Shown here: positions 55,869 to 64,000 of the stretch, in pieces
How the letters are laid out: every line of letters starts with the position of its first letter
How positions within the stretch are numbered: the first letter of the stretch is position 1
Origin: a virus
Length of the DNA stretch: 64,000 bases
Reading direction: 5' to 3' (one strand)
IMG/VR virus record: IMGVR_UViG_3300042880_000852
Made by a program: the position numbers and the translations under genes
Notes under the pieces: model-generated
Told to the model about the DNA's origin: nothing
Seen by the model: only the letters and a program-made list of their open reading frames with translations
Databases searched by the model: none

Positions 55869-56149
55869 GTAAAGTAGTTAGATTAAACGAAAAAGATATT
55901 GAAAGATTGGTTAGAAAAATCATGTCCGAAGATAAACAATCGAAGACGGTTGATATGAAAGGTAAGAAGTGTACCAATTGTAAAAAAGGTAAATACGGTG
56001 AAACATCACAACTTGACGATTTAGAAGGTGTACTTCATTGTACAAATTGTGGAAAAAAAACCGATAGATATGTAGATAAAACCGTAAAAGAATCTTGGCC
56101 AAAAAGAGAATTAGAAAGAAAAGTAATTAATTTCCGTAGAGATATTTAA
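55865..56149 (+). CDS. zinc-ribbon protein with N-terminal leader (VVRLNEKDIERLVRKIMSED)
   Basis: CTNCKKGK...CTNCGKK four-Cys ribbon; leader ends in I-M-S-E. Confidence 0.5.
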   Translation: MSKVVRLNEKDIERLVRKIMSEDKQSKTVDMKGKKCTNCKKGKYGETSQLDDLEGVLHCTNCGKKTDRYVDKTVKESWPKRELERKVINFRRDI

Positions 56150-56218
56150 ATTGCGCAGCTGCGCTTTTGCAAAAGCAGCTTAGCAAGCAGCAAAAGATCT
56201 AAAAAATTAAAAATGGAA

Positions 56219-56250
56219 GGGGATATGTAGTTTACATATCCCTTTTTTTT
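56219..56250 (+). terminator. intrinsic terminator
   Basis: ggatatgta-gtt-tacatatcc hairpin followed by T8; preceded by the palindromes GCGCAGCTGCGC and TTTTGCAAAA (56153-56174). Confidence 0.65.
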
Positions 56251-56288
56251 ATATAAAATTACCGTATAACAATTAAAATAATAAACAA

Positions 56289-56522
56289 ATGGATAATAAT
56301 GTAGCAAAATACTTTTTAGTAAAAGTAGAATTTGAAACCATTAATGAAAGTAATGGTAAACAGAAAAAAATTAGAACACAATATCTTGTGGATGCAATGA
56401 CTTGTACTGAGGCTGAAGCTCGTACTCGTACTTATTTAAAAGATTCTGTAATGGATTATGAAATTGTAAGTACAACAAAAAGTCCTATTGAAGACGTTAT
56501 TGAAGTACTTGTAAAGGCTTAA
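56289..56522 (+). CDS. hypothetical protein
   Basis: 77-aa ORF. Confidence 0.4.
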   Translation: MDNNVAKYFLVKVEFETINESNGKQKKIRTQYLVDAMTCTEAEARTRTYLKDSVMDYEIVSTTKSPIEDVIEVLVKA

Positions 56523-56998
56523 TGACGATATTGTTTTGGTAAACCTACTTTGTTAGCAACCTTTTGGAAAACCCCACCATGGTTTCTAGCTTCAGTATCT
56601 TCCAATCCGTGAGCGGCATGAATTAATTCGTGTTTAATAATATCTTCAACGTATTCAGTATCATTAAGGGCCTTGGGATGAATCTTCATTATTCCAAGGT
56701 CTTTTTTATTTTCAGGATGTTTAAATGAACCTATCTTTCCGGCTTTAATTTTATCATCCACTTTAACAACAATGTTATCGTCACTAACAGGTTCTTCACC
56801 TGTAATTTCTTTATAAGCTTTTTCTACCTTTTTTTTAATACGGTCCTTCATGTTGTCAACTTTTTTAGTTTCTTTTGGAAACTTGGAATTCTTTGTTGCC
56901 TTTTCCTGAGCATAGTCAACTTTTCTCATAAAATCATTCGATTCTAAATGATCCTCAATAAATTCTCGTAATATTTTTCTGATATTATTTCTCATCAT
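56519..56998 (-). CDS. SprT-like HExxH zinc-metallopeptidase-domain protein with N-terminal leader (MMRNNIRKILRE)
   Basis: HELIHAAHG...HGGVF motif; start chosen at the in-frame ATG 56998. Confidence 0.5.
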   Translation of the reverse strand: MMRNNIRKILREFIEDHLESNDFMRKVDYAQEKATKNSKFPKETKKVDNMKDRIKKKVEKAYKEITGEEPVSDDNIVVKVDDKIKAGKIGSFKHPENKKDLGIMKIHPKALNDTEYVEDIIKHELIHAAHGLEDTEARNHGGVFQKVANKVGLPKQYRH

Positions 56999-57134
56999 AA
57001 ATAAATATCCCAATTTTTTAATAAAAAAATTACTTTTTTCTCTTGACTTGTTGCACTTTACTGTAGGCAAACATATTTATTTAAAAATCTTGCATAAGTG
57101 TGCAAGATAAATTATAATTCGTTAAAAAATAAAA

Positions 57135-58685
57135 ATGAAAATGGCAAACGAAAAGAAATCAATTATTGAGGAAGCTCTTCTTGAAGCCGAGCAAATCGAC
57201 GCCGCTTTCAAATCTAACGCAAAAGAAATACTGTCTCAGACAATGAGTTCAGAAATTGAAGAAATGGTAAAGGAATCATTAACTGGTTCGAAAAAAAGAT
57301 TGAAGGAGGAAGATGAAGAGGAAGAAATGGATTTAGACCTTGAATTAGACACCGAAGAAGGTGAAGAAGAAGGGGAAGAATTCGAAGAAATGGATTTAGA
57401 TATGGACACCGAAGAAGGTGAAGAATCTGAAGACATGGATTTAGACATGGACATGGATACTGAAGACATGGGTATGGACTTAGATTTAGGCGATGAGTCT
57501 GAAGAAGGTTCTGAAATGGATTTAGATATGGATATGGACATGGAAAATGAACCGTCTGGTGAGGAAATGGAAACAGTAGACCTTACTAACGTTAGTGATG
57601 ATTCTAAATTAATCTCCGTTTTTAAAAAAATGGGCCCAGAAGATGAAATAGAAGTTGTTAACGATAACGGAATGGTTACATTAAAAGATAACAAATCTGG
57701 TTCTGAGTACAGAATCGAACTTAATTCAACTGGAGGAGTTTCTAACGTTGAGACTTCTGAAATTGAATTGGGTGAAGGTACTGAAGAATCTGGTCAAATT
57801 ATTTATGAAATCGTTGTGGATGATGAAGACGAAATGTCTGATTACATGATGGATTACGCATCTGATGAAGACGAAATGTCTGATTACATGATGGACTACG
57901 CATCTGATGAAGATAAAATGATGGACCATATGGATTACGCATCTGATGAAGATGAAATGTCTTCTTACATGGATTATAAGAAAAGTGGTTTAAAGAACCC
58001 AGGTAAAGCTGATTTAAATAAAGACCATGACATTACCCCTTACGAAAAGAAAAGAGGAATGGCAATCGAAAAATCTATGGCCGGTAAAGATGATGAAGAT
58101 GAAATGTCTTATATGTCTAGAAGAGTAACTACTAAAGGTAGATACGCTACTGGAAATAGAACAAACACTAATGCCATTAACAGAATGGGTGGTGCTGAAT
58201 CTTATAAGTCTACTTACGGAATGTCTGAATCAAAAACTCCACAGATTACAAAACTCATCAAAGAAAATACAAATTTAAATACAAAATTAACATCTATTGA
58301 AAGTGAAAATACTGAATTAAAAGATACTCAAGAAAAAATGGTTGAGGCTCTTAAACAATTCAGAAAGAAACTTCAAGAGGTGGCTGTCTTTAACAGCAAT
58401 CTTACTTACGCTGTAAGATTATTCACTGAAAACTCTACTACAAAAGAAGAAAAACAAGAAATTTTAAAAAGATTAGATTCGGCTAAAGATTTAAAAGAAT
58501 CTCAATCAATTTATAAACAACTTGTTAAAGAATACACCAACGGTAAAGCTACTATTAAGGAATCTATCGAAGAGAAAATTAACAAGACTGCTTCTAGTGG
58601 GGCACAAATTAGTGAATCAAGCGTATTTGTACACCCTGAGTTACAAAACATGAAAAAACTTTGGGAGTACTCATATAAAAAATAA
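57135..58685 (+). CDS. acidic scaffold / prohead core protein (gp22-like position) with tandem repeats
   Basis: extreme Asp/Glu content; MDLD and DEDEMSDYMMDYASDE tandem repeats; immediately upstream of the major capsid gene. Confidence 0.55.
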   Translation: MKMANEKKSIIEEALLEAEQIDAAFKSNAKEILSQTMSSEIEEMVKESLTGSKKRLKEEDEEEEMDLDLELDTEEGEEEGEEFEEMDLDMDTEEGEESEDMDLDMDMDTEDMGMDLDLGDESEEGSEMDLDMDMDMENEPSGEEMETVDLTNVSDDSKLISVFKKMGPEDEIEVVNDNGMVTLKDNKSGSEYRIELNSTGGVSNVETSEIELGEGTEESGQIIYEIVVDDEDEMSDYMMDYASDEDEMSDYMMDYASDEDKMMDHMDYASDEDEMSSYMDYKKSGLKNPGKADLNKDHDITPYEKKRGMAIEKSMAGKDDEDEMSYMSRRVTTKGRYATGNRTNTNAINRMGGAESYKSTYGMSESKTPQITKLIKENTNLNTKLTSIESENTELKDTQEKMVEALKQFRKKLQEVAVFNSNLTYAVRLFTENSTTKEEKQEILKRLDSAKDLKESQSIYKQLVKEYTNGKATIKESIEEKINKTASSGAQISESSVFVHPELQNMKKLWEYSYKK

Positions 58686-58719
58686 TAATAAAAAATAACA
58701 AAAACAAAAACCTATAAAA

Positions 58720-60516
58720 ATGGGATATTTATTAAAATCAGGTGAGGTTGGTAATATCGGATTAAAGCACCAAAAAGCTATCCGTGAGGCAACTGTAAAC
58801 AAATGGGAATCTTTAGGATTCTTAGAAGGCTTAGAAGGCCATATCAGAGAAAACATCGCTTTGTTATATGAAAACCAAGCGTCAGTTCTTATCAATGAAA
58901 CTACCACTGCTGGTGGTGTTGGTACACAAGGAAGTTCTTCTGGTTCTTTCGAAACAGTTGTATTTCCTATCGTAAGACGTGTGTTCTCTAAATTATTAGC
59001 TAACGACATCGTTTCTGTACAAGCATTAAACTTACCTATCGGTAAATTATTCTACTTCGTACCTAAACGTTCTGAGAGAATTGATGATTCAGCTTTCTTG
59101 GCAGGTACAAATGGTGGTACATCTAAACATGGTGAGCCTATCGTTACAACTTGTGTTGATGCAGCTAGTAACTGTGATTTAACATCATACAGTGCTTGTT
59201 TAAAGAATCTTTATGATGCTTTCTACAATGACGGTCTTTTTGATCAATCAAAAGGTATGATAACTTTAAAAGTTGTTACAGGTTCTACTTGTGTAGTATG
59301 GACAGCTTGTACTAATGGATTTGAATTTGGTGCAGGAAAAACTCCAGCAGCAACTGATGGTTCATTACGTCACCAAATTATTGAAGTTACAGGATTTAAT
59401 TCAACCGGTGCTGGTCGTTTAATCACTCCAGACGGTAATGAAATGGATACTGAATCTTTCTTAGCATCTTTAACTGTTTCTGCAACTGCAAACATTCTTG
59501 ACCCAGCTGGTCAAACAATTTACAGTAACGGTGATTCAATTCCTTTCCGTGTGGTAACACAAAAATATGGTAAAGGTATTGTTCAGTACGGTGATATCTG
59601 TACAGCTGATGGTAAACTTTATATTGAAGTTGACTTAACTCACCCAACTTGTGTAACTTGTGGTACTAACACATTTGATGGTTACATTGGAGCTGATTAT
59701 ACTGGAACTACTTGTTCTGAAATCGCTGGTTTCATTTCTTGGAGACAATACTCTGACCTTGAAGCTGAATCAGAAATGGGAGAAGTTTCTTTCGAACTTC
59801 AATCTGTAACTGTATCTGTTACTGAAAGAAAATTAAGAGCTACTTGGACTCCTGAATTAGCACAAGACGTTAGTGCATTCCACAACATCGATGCTGAAGC
59901 TGAATTAACAGCATTATTATCTGAGCAAGTTGCAGCTGAAATTGACCGTGAAATCTTAATCGATTTACGTAAAGGTGCAGCATGGCAATTACGTTGGGAT
60001 TACAACGGTTGGAAGCGTTTACCAAACAACAATGGTTACACTCAAAAAGATTGGAACCAAACTTTGATGACAGCTATCAACCAAATCTCAGCTCAAATCC
60101 ATAAATCTACATTAAGAGGTGGAGCTAACTTTATCGTTGTATCTTCTGAGGTATCAGCAGTATTCGATGATTTAGAATATTTCCACGTATCTAACGCAGC
60201 TCCTGAGCAAGATCAGTATAACATGGGTATTGAAAGAGTAGGTTCATTAAGTGGACGTTACACTGTATACCGTGACCCTTACGCTCCAGCATATTCAGTT
60301 ATCATTGGACACAAAGGTAAGTCATTGTTAGACACTGGTTACATCTACGCTCCATACGTACCGATGCAGTTAACACCTACAATGTACAATCCGTTTAACT
60401 TCGTACCTGTTAAAGGTATCATGACTCGTTACGCTAAAAAAATGGTGAACAACCGCTTTTACGGCCATATCAGAGTTGACGGTTTACGTACTTTTGATGT
60501 TAGAGAATTACGTTAA
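58720..60516 (+). CDS. major capsid protein (T4 gp23-like)
   Basis: FPIVRRVFSKLLANDIVSVQALNLPIGKLFY resembles the T4 gp23 region MVRRAIPNLIAFDICGVQPMNSPTGQVFAL; N-terminal propeptide ends VLINE (an I-x-E motif). Confidence 0.85.
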   Translation: MGYLLKSGEVGNIGLKHQKAIREATVNKWESLGFLEGLEGHIRENIALLYENQASVLINETTTAGGVGTQGSSSGSFETVVFPIVRRVFSKLLANDIVSVQALNLPIGKLFYFVPKRSERIDDSAFLAGTNGGTSKHGEPIVTTCVDAASNCDLTSYSACLKNLYDAFYNDGLFDQSKGMITLKVVTGSTCVVWTACTNGFEFGAGKTPAATDGSLRHQIIEVTGFNSTGAGRLITPDGNEMDTESFLASLTVSATANILDPAGQTIYSNGDSIPFRVVTQKYGKGIVQYGDICTADGKLYIEVDLTHPTCVTCGTNTFDGYIGADYTGTTCSEIAGFISWRQYSDLEAESEMGEVSFELQSVTVSVTERKLRATWTPELAQDVSAFHNIDAEAELTALLSEQVAAEIDREILIDLRKGAAWQLRWDYNGWKRLPNNNGYTQKDWNQTLMTAINQISAQIHKSTLRGGANFIVVSSEVSAVFDDLEYFHVSNAAPEQDQYNMGIERVGSLSGRYTVYRDPYAPAYSVIIGHKGKSLLDTGYIYAPYVPMQLTPTMYNPFNFVPVKGIMTRYAKKMVNNRFYGHIRVDGLRTFDVRELR

Positions 60517-60537
60517 TCGTATTATACTCTATAAATT

Positions 60538-60567
60538 TAAAAGGGTGGTTTTTACCACCCTTTTTTA
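60538..60567 (+). terminator. intrinsic terminator
   Basis: gggtgg-ttttta-ccaccc hairpin followed by T6. Confidence 0.65.
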
Positions 60568-60611
60568 TGATCTATTTATAATAAACGTTAATATGGGTAT
60601 ATTTATATTAT

Positions 60612-61544
60612 ATGGGAAAGAAAAGAATTGAAATACCTGAAGATGTTTTATTAGAAATGGTAAGATTATATAATGAAGAATATGTTGGTACCCCATCATT
60701 GTCAGATAGATTTGGTTACCATAAATCTATTATATTAAGAAGTTTTAAAAACAAAGGTGTTGTCTTAGGTCCATCTGGTCGTAAATGGACTGGTGGTAGA
60801 GAGATTGCTGATAAAAAATGGAGAGAAAAAAATAAAGAAAAATTATCCGAATATCATAAAGAATGGTCAGAAAAAAACCGAGAATATTTACGTGAATATC
60901 ATGCCAAATGGCGTGAAGTAAATCGTGAATCATTAAACGAATATAAAAGACATTACGAAAAAACCAAAAAAGATTCTGACCCAGCTTATAAATTGGCTTG
61001 TTACACCAGAACTGCCATCTATACTTGTTTAAAAGAAAGAAATGTTGATAAATATAAAAATACTTTTGATTTATTACCTTATACGTTGGAAGAGCTGATT
61101 CAACATTTGGAACTTAGATTTCAAGAAGGTATGTCGTGGGATAATTATGGAAGATGGCATGTTGATCACATTAAACCAATGGTTTCTTTTAATATTAAAG
61201 AACCGACTGATAAAGAATTTCAAGATTGTTGGTCTTTAAGTAATTTACAACCATTATGGGAACAAGATAATTTATCCAAAGGTGGTAGATATTTATATTA
61301 TATGCCAAAGAACTATATACCATACGATCTAGCCTTAAAATTGAATGAAAAGGGTTATAATGTATCCACTCATGCTTATTATAACATCTATAATAAACAT
61401 ATATTTATTCACACACCTGTCAATCATAATGAAGCTATATGGGCACCAACTTTTGGTGAGACTATTGATTGGTTCAAAGAAAATTACGATATTGATGTAC
61501 AACCAAATGTAGAATCTATTGAAGAGGCTTTGAATAAAATATGA
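60612..61544 (+). CDS. HNH homing endonuclease
   Basis: HVDHIKP...NLQPLWEQDNLSKG HNH motif; Lys/Glu/Tyr-rich repeat region; classic position after the capsid gene. Confidence 0.6.
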   Translation: MGKKRIEIPEDVLLEMVRLYNEEYVGTPSLSDRFGYHKSIILRSFKNKGVVLGPSGRKWTGGREIADKKWREKNKEKLSEYHKEWSEKNREYLREYHAKWREVNRESLNEYKRHYEKTKKDSDPAYKLACYTRTAIYTCLKERNVDKYKNTFDLLPYTLEELIQHLELRFQEGMSWDNYGRWHVDHIKPMVSFNIKEPTDKEFQDCWSLSNLQPLWEQDNLSKGGRYLYYMPKNYIPYDLALKLNEKGYNVSTHAYYNIYNKHIFIHTPVNHNEAIWAPTFGETIDWFKENYDIDVQPNVESIEEALNKI

Positions 61545-61858
61545 AAGATTTAATTCTTAAAATACTAAAAGAATCGGAAGATGAATTTGATTGGATTGAG
61601 TCACCTTTCGGTATTGACGATAATCTAATGAACTATCTAATCCAAAATTACCGTGTTGGGGAATATAATGACATGGCAAAAGAGTTCTTAGGTGATAAAT
61701 ACGTGATGGTTGATGATAAAATGTATCCACTTGAAGGCCATAAAAAACAATTAACTAATAAAATCTATTGGGAGGTTGTTGATGAATTTCCTAACATGAA
61801 CCAACCTGTTTTAAGAAGAACAATTAAAACTTTTTTAAACAATATCACTAGTAACTAA
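61541..61858 (+). CDS. hypothetical protein with N-terminal leader (MKDLILKILKESEDEFDW); paralog of 63544..63930
   Basis: N-terminus nearly identical to MKHLIRKILKESDFDW of ORF 63544(-). Confidence 0.45.
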   Translation: MKDLILKILKESEDEFDWIESPFGIDDNLMNYLIQNYRVGEYNDMAKEFLGDKYVMVDDKMYPLEGHKKQLTNKIYWEVVDEFPNMNQPVLRRTIKTFLNNITSN

Positions 61859-62182
61859 ATGTTGCCACACATTACCGTCCCAATATTCCAATCTTTGTAA
61901 TTCTTGATTCCAAATTACGGTTCCAACTGAATGTAATCTACCCGTAACCCACATATCACCATCAGCATCTAAAACAAGTCTTTCTTGACCCCCTAAATTA
62001 ACTTGCCACATGTTTGGGTATGTATCGTTTGTAAGTGGGCCTCCAATGGTTATTACATCACCACCTAAATCAATATCATAATGTAATTCTTCCGAATGTA
62101 GTATAAGACGGTGTTTTTTAATTCTTTTTTTAATCACAAAACAAAAATAAAAATGGGAAGTACTTTTGTAAATACTTCCCAT
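61835..62182 (-). CDS. hypothetical protein
   Basis: 115-aa ORF; Gly/Trp-rich C-terminal half. Confidence 0.4.
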   Translation of the reverse strand: MGSIYKSTSHFYFCFVIKKRIKKHRLILHSEELHYDIDLGGDVITIGGPLTNDTYPNMWQVNLGGQERLVLDADGDMWVTGRLHSVGTVIWNQELQRLEYWDGNVWQHLVTSDIV

Positions 62183-62205
62183 TCTATTATATATGATTAA
62201 AAAAA

Positions 62206-62964
62206 TTAACCTTTATAAGTATCGTCTTTGATGCCTCTTTCTTTAGCAATTTCCTTATTGGTCTTACCTTTAAGAGTTGTATTAACCACTTTCATAACAT
62301 CTTGTGGTATAATCTCCATTAATTCCATCATACCTACAGCTGTAACTGGAATATCTTTAGAATCCCAAATTGTGGTTGCTGAATGACCTGTTTTGGTTTT
62401 GTCATAGTGAAAAGCCACCTTAGAAAAGATGTTATCACGAGTTTGTTCTTCTTTGATTGATTTGTCAATCACAAACACAAGAACACCATTCTCAGTGTAT
62501 TGGTTAAAATACTTTTTAAAGTCATTTTGGTCGGAAGAAACACACCACTTAGTTGACTTACCGTAAACATTAGAACTACGAGAAGTAAGTGGTTGGAGTA
62601 CTACAAATCTGTCGTCTTCGTGTACAGTAATAGTTTCAAATTTCTTAACTTGACTCTTAGTCACTTTTTCACGTGCCAATTTAATTGTGTCAACAATTTC
62701 TTGGTTAGAACCATAAGAGTAGATATCTTTATTTTCTAAAAGATTTTTATCAGAAAGTTCTTCAAATTCTTTTACAATATCAAACATTTCTTTAAATGTA
62801 TTTGACTTTAATTCTTCTTTAAGCCAATCCACCCAAGATTCTGCTTGTTTAACCATAAACGGTAAGTATTTATTAGTACTTGAAGGATCATTTTTAGCCA
62901 AAATTTCAACTAAATCAATAACAAATTTTGGGTTCTGTTCTTTAAGGTCTTTCTTTTTTGCCAT
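62206..62964 (-). CDS. paralog-family protein D (TNKYLPFMV ... YGKSTKWCVSS core), shortest member
   Basis: core FVVLQPLTSRSSNVYGKSTKWCVSSDQNDFKKY...LVFVIDK aligns with ORFs 11109, 20407 and 43000. Confidence 0.5.
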   Translation of the reverse strand: MAKKKDLKEQNPKFVIDLVEILAKNDPSSTNKYLPFMVKQAESWVDWLKEELKSNTFKEMFDIVKEFEELSDKNLLENKDIYSYGSNQEIVDTIKLAREKVTKSQVKKFETITVHEDDRFVVLQPLTSRSSNVYGKSTKWCVSSDQNDFKKYFNQYTENGVLVFVIDKSIKEEQTRDNIFSKVAFHYDKTKTGHSATTIWDSKDIPVTAVGMMELMEIIPQDVMKVVNTTLKGKTNKEIAKERGIKDDTYKG

Positions 62965-63067
62965 ATCTTATTTGTATTACAGTACAAAGATATGATTTTT
63001 ATTTTAAGTCGTCAACAGATATTGATATTTTATTTAATAATGAGATATTTATATAGAAAATGTAATT

Positions 63068-63490
63068 ATGAAAGTAGTTAGACTAAACGAAAACGATATA
63101 GAAAATTTGGTTAAAAAAATTATCAAAGAAGATGAGGGTCAAATGAAGCCTTCGGAACCAAAAGAAAAATCACTTGTATTATTAAAAACTAATAATGGTG
63201 AATTATCTACGGTTGATGAAATTGTTAGAGCAATTCAACACGCTAAAATAGCTTTTGAAGATTTGTGTAACTCTAAGTTAACTGGTAAAGACGGTTATTC
63301 TAGAGAAATTGATGGTATTGTAAATGACTTTACAAAACTAGAAGATAAAGTTCGTAAATCAAAAGAAACTATCGGCAAATTTGTTCAACAAAAAGGTAAA
63401 CAAGACCATATGGCTTATATGAAAAAAAGAAAAATGGATTATATGGCAAACCAAGAAAAAGCACGTAAGAGAGGTAGTTACTACGCATAA
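63068..63490 (+). CDS. hypothetical protein with N-terminal leader (VVRLNENDIENLVKKIIKEDE)
   Basis: leader matches ORFs 4998 and 55865. Confidence 0.45.
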   Translation: MKVVRLNENDIENLVKKIIKEDEGQMKPSEPKEKSLVLLKTNNGELSTVDEIVRAIQHAKIAFEDLCNSKLTGKDGYSREIDGIVNDFTKLEDKVRKSKETIGKFVQQKGKQDHMAYMKKRKMDYMANQEKARKRGSYYA

Positions 63491-63511
63491 GGATTTTGAG
63501 AAATTGTATGT

Positions 63512-63543
63512 AAAAAGAAACCCCGATAATTCGGGGTTTTTTG
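63512..63543. terminator. bidirectional intrinsic terminator
   Basis: aaaaagaaa-ccccga-taat-tcgggg-tttttt between convergent genes. Confidence 0.6.
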
Positions 63544-63930
63544 TTATGAGTATGGTGGTCCTGGATTAGAACCCCTTACTTTAATATTTTCCGGATCAAA
63601 TACGTTAAATCTTTTCCAAGCGTATGGGTTTATTGACATTTTTAAGTAATCTAAAGCCCAATCGATATCATCACCTTCTTGAAATGACATACCTCGCCAA
63701 CGTGTAATGTCTCCGATGGCGTTTCTAATATTTTGTTTACTCGGATTTCTTTTTATATTTTCGATTGCATTACCTATCTCATCATCTTCTTGATAGGCAT
63801 AACCCTTCCATTCTTCAAACCCTTTAATACCGTCTTCAACCCAAGGCCAATAAACATTGTTAGGTAAACCCAATTCGTCAACCCAATCAAAATCACTTTC
63901 TTTTAATATTTTTCTAATTAAATGTTTCAT
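63544..63930 (-). CDS. hypothetical protein with N-terminal leader (MKHLIRKILKESDFDW)
   Basis: leader family member; paralog of ORF 61541. Confidence 0.45.
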   Translation of the reverse strand: MKHLIRKILKESDFDWVDELGLPNNVYWPWVEDGIKGFEEWKGYAYQEDDEIGNAIENIKRNPSKQNIRNAIGDITRWRGMSFQEGDDIDWALDYLKMSINPYAWKRFNVFDPENIKVRGSNPGPPYS

Positions 63931-64000
63931 TACGGAAATTTATCTAATCCGTAAGCTTTACACCAATCCTCTTCGGAAACAATTGTAAAAGGTATAATTG

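Noticed and set aside
57236-57929. ORFs 57236..57694(-) and 57726..57929(-)
   Set aside because: Antisense to the acidic scaffold gene; the low-complexity Ser-rich translation is typical of the reverse frame of GA-rich repeats.

Overview
AT-rich (about 30% GC), densely coded, phage-like genome segment. No Shine-Dalgarno sequences are visible. A conserved TAnnTTTG motif sits 4-8 nt upstream of many start codons; this resembles the Bacteroidota sigma-A -7 box and suggests a Bacteroidota (Flavobacteriia-like) host with leaderless or short-leader mRNAs (inference). A distantly T4-like head morphogenesis module lies at 45.8-60.5 kb: large terminase, portal (gp20-like), prohead protease (gp21-like), acidic scaffold and gp23-like major capsid protein. 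A glutamine synthetase type II gene and a CCA-adding enzyme fused to a 2H phosphoesterase are embedded in this module. Other recognisable genes: ATP-dependent DNA ligase, UV-damage endonuclease UvdE, RecA-superfamily ATPase, DHH phosphoesterase, thymidylate synthase with an adjacent free-standing GIY-YIG homing endonuclease, two HNH endonuclease paralogs (one degenerate), a ClpC-like double-ring AAA+ unfoldase, a GH73 glucosaminidase (lysin-like), an SPFH/band-7 protein, a KTSC-domain protein, a Pol-beta-type nucleotidyltransferase, a DUF3310-like protein and an SprT-like HExxH protein. Unusual content: (i) a conserved N-terminal leader peptide ending in an (I/L)-x-E motif, the T4-type prohead-protease cleavage consensus, on about 10 functionally unrelated proteins including the CCA/2H enzyme, which suggests capsid-packaged and possibly injected proteins; (ii) a 4-member paralog family (NKYLDWM ... 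G-x-TKWC); (iii) tandem-module repeat proteins (FNQLNES-linked modules; Cys-rich Y-DC...FC modules); (iv) two GC-rich islands (930-1500 and about 3433-3580) suggesting structured RNA or foreign elements; (v) operator-like palindromes. No rRNA, tRNA or CRISPR could be supported.
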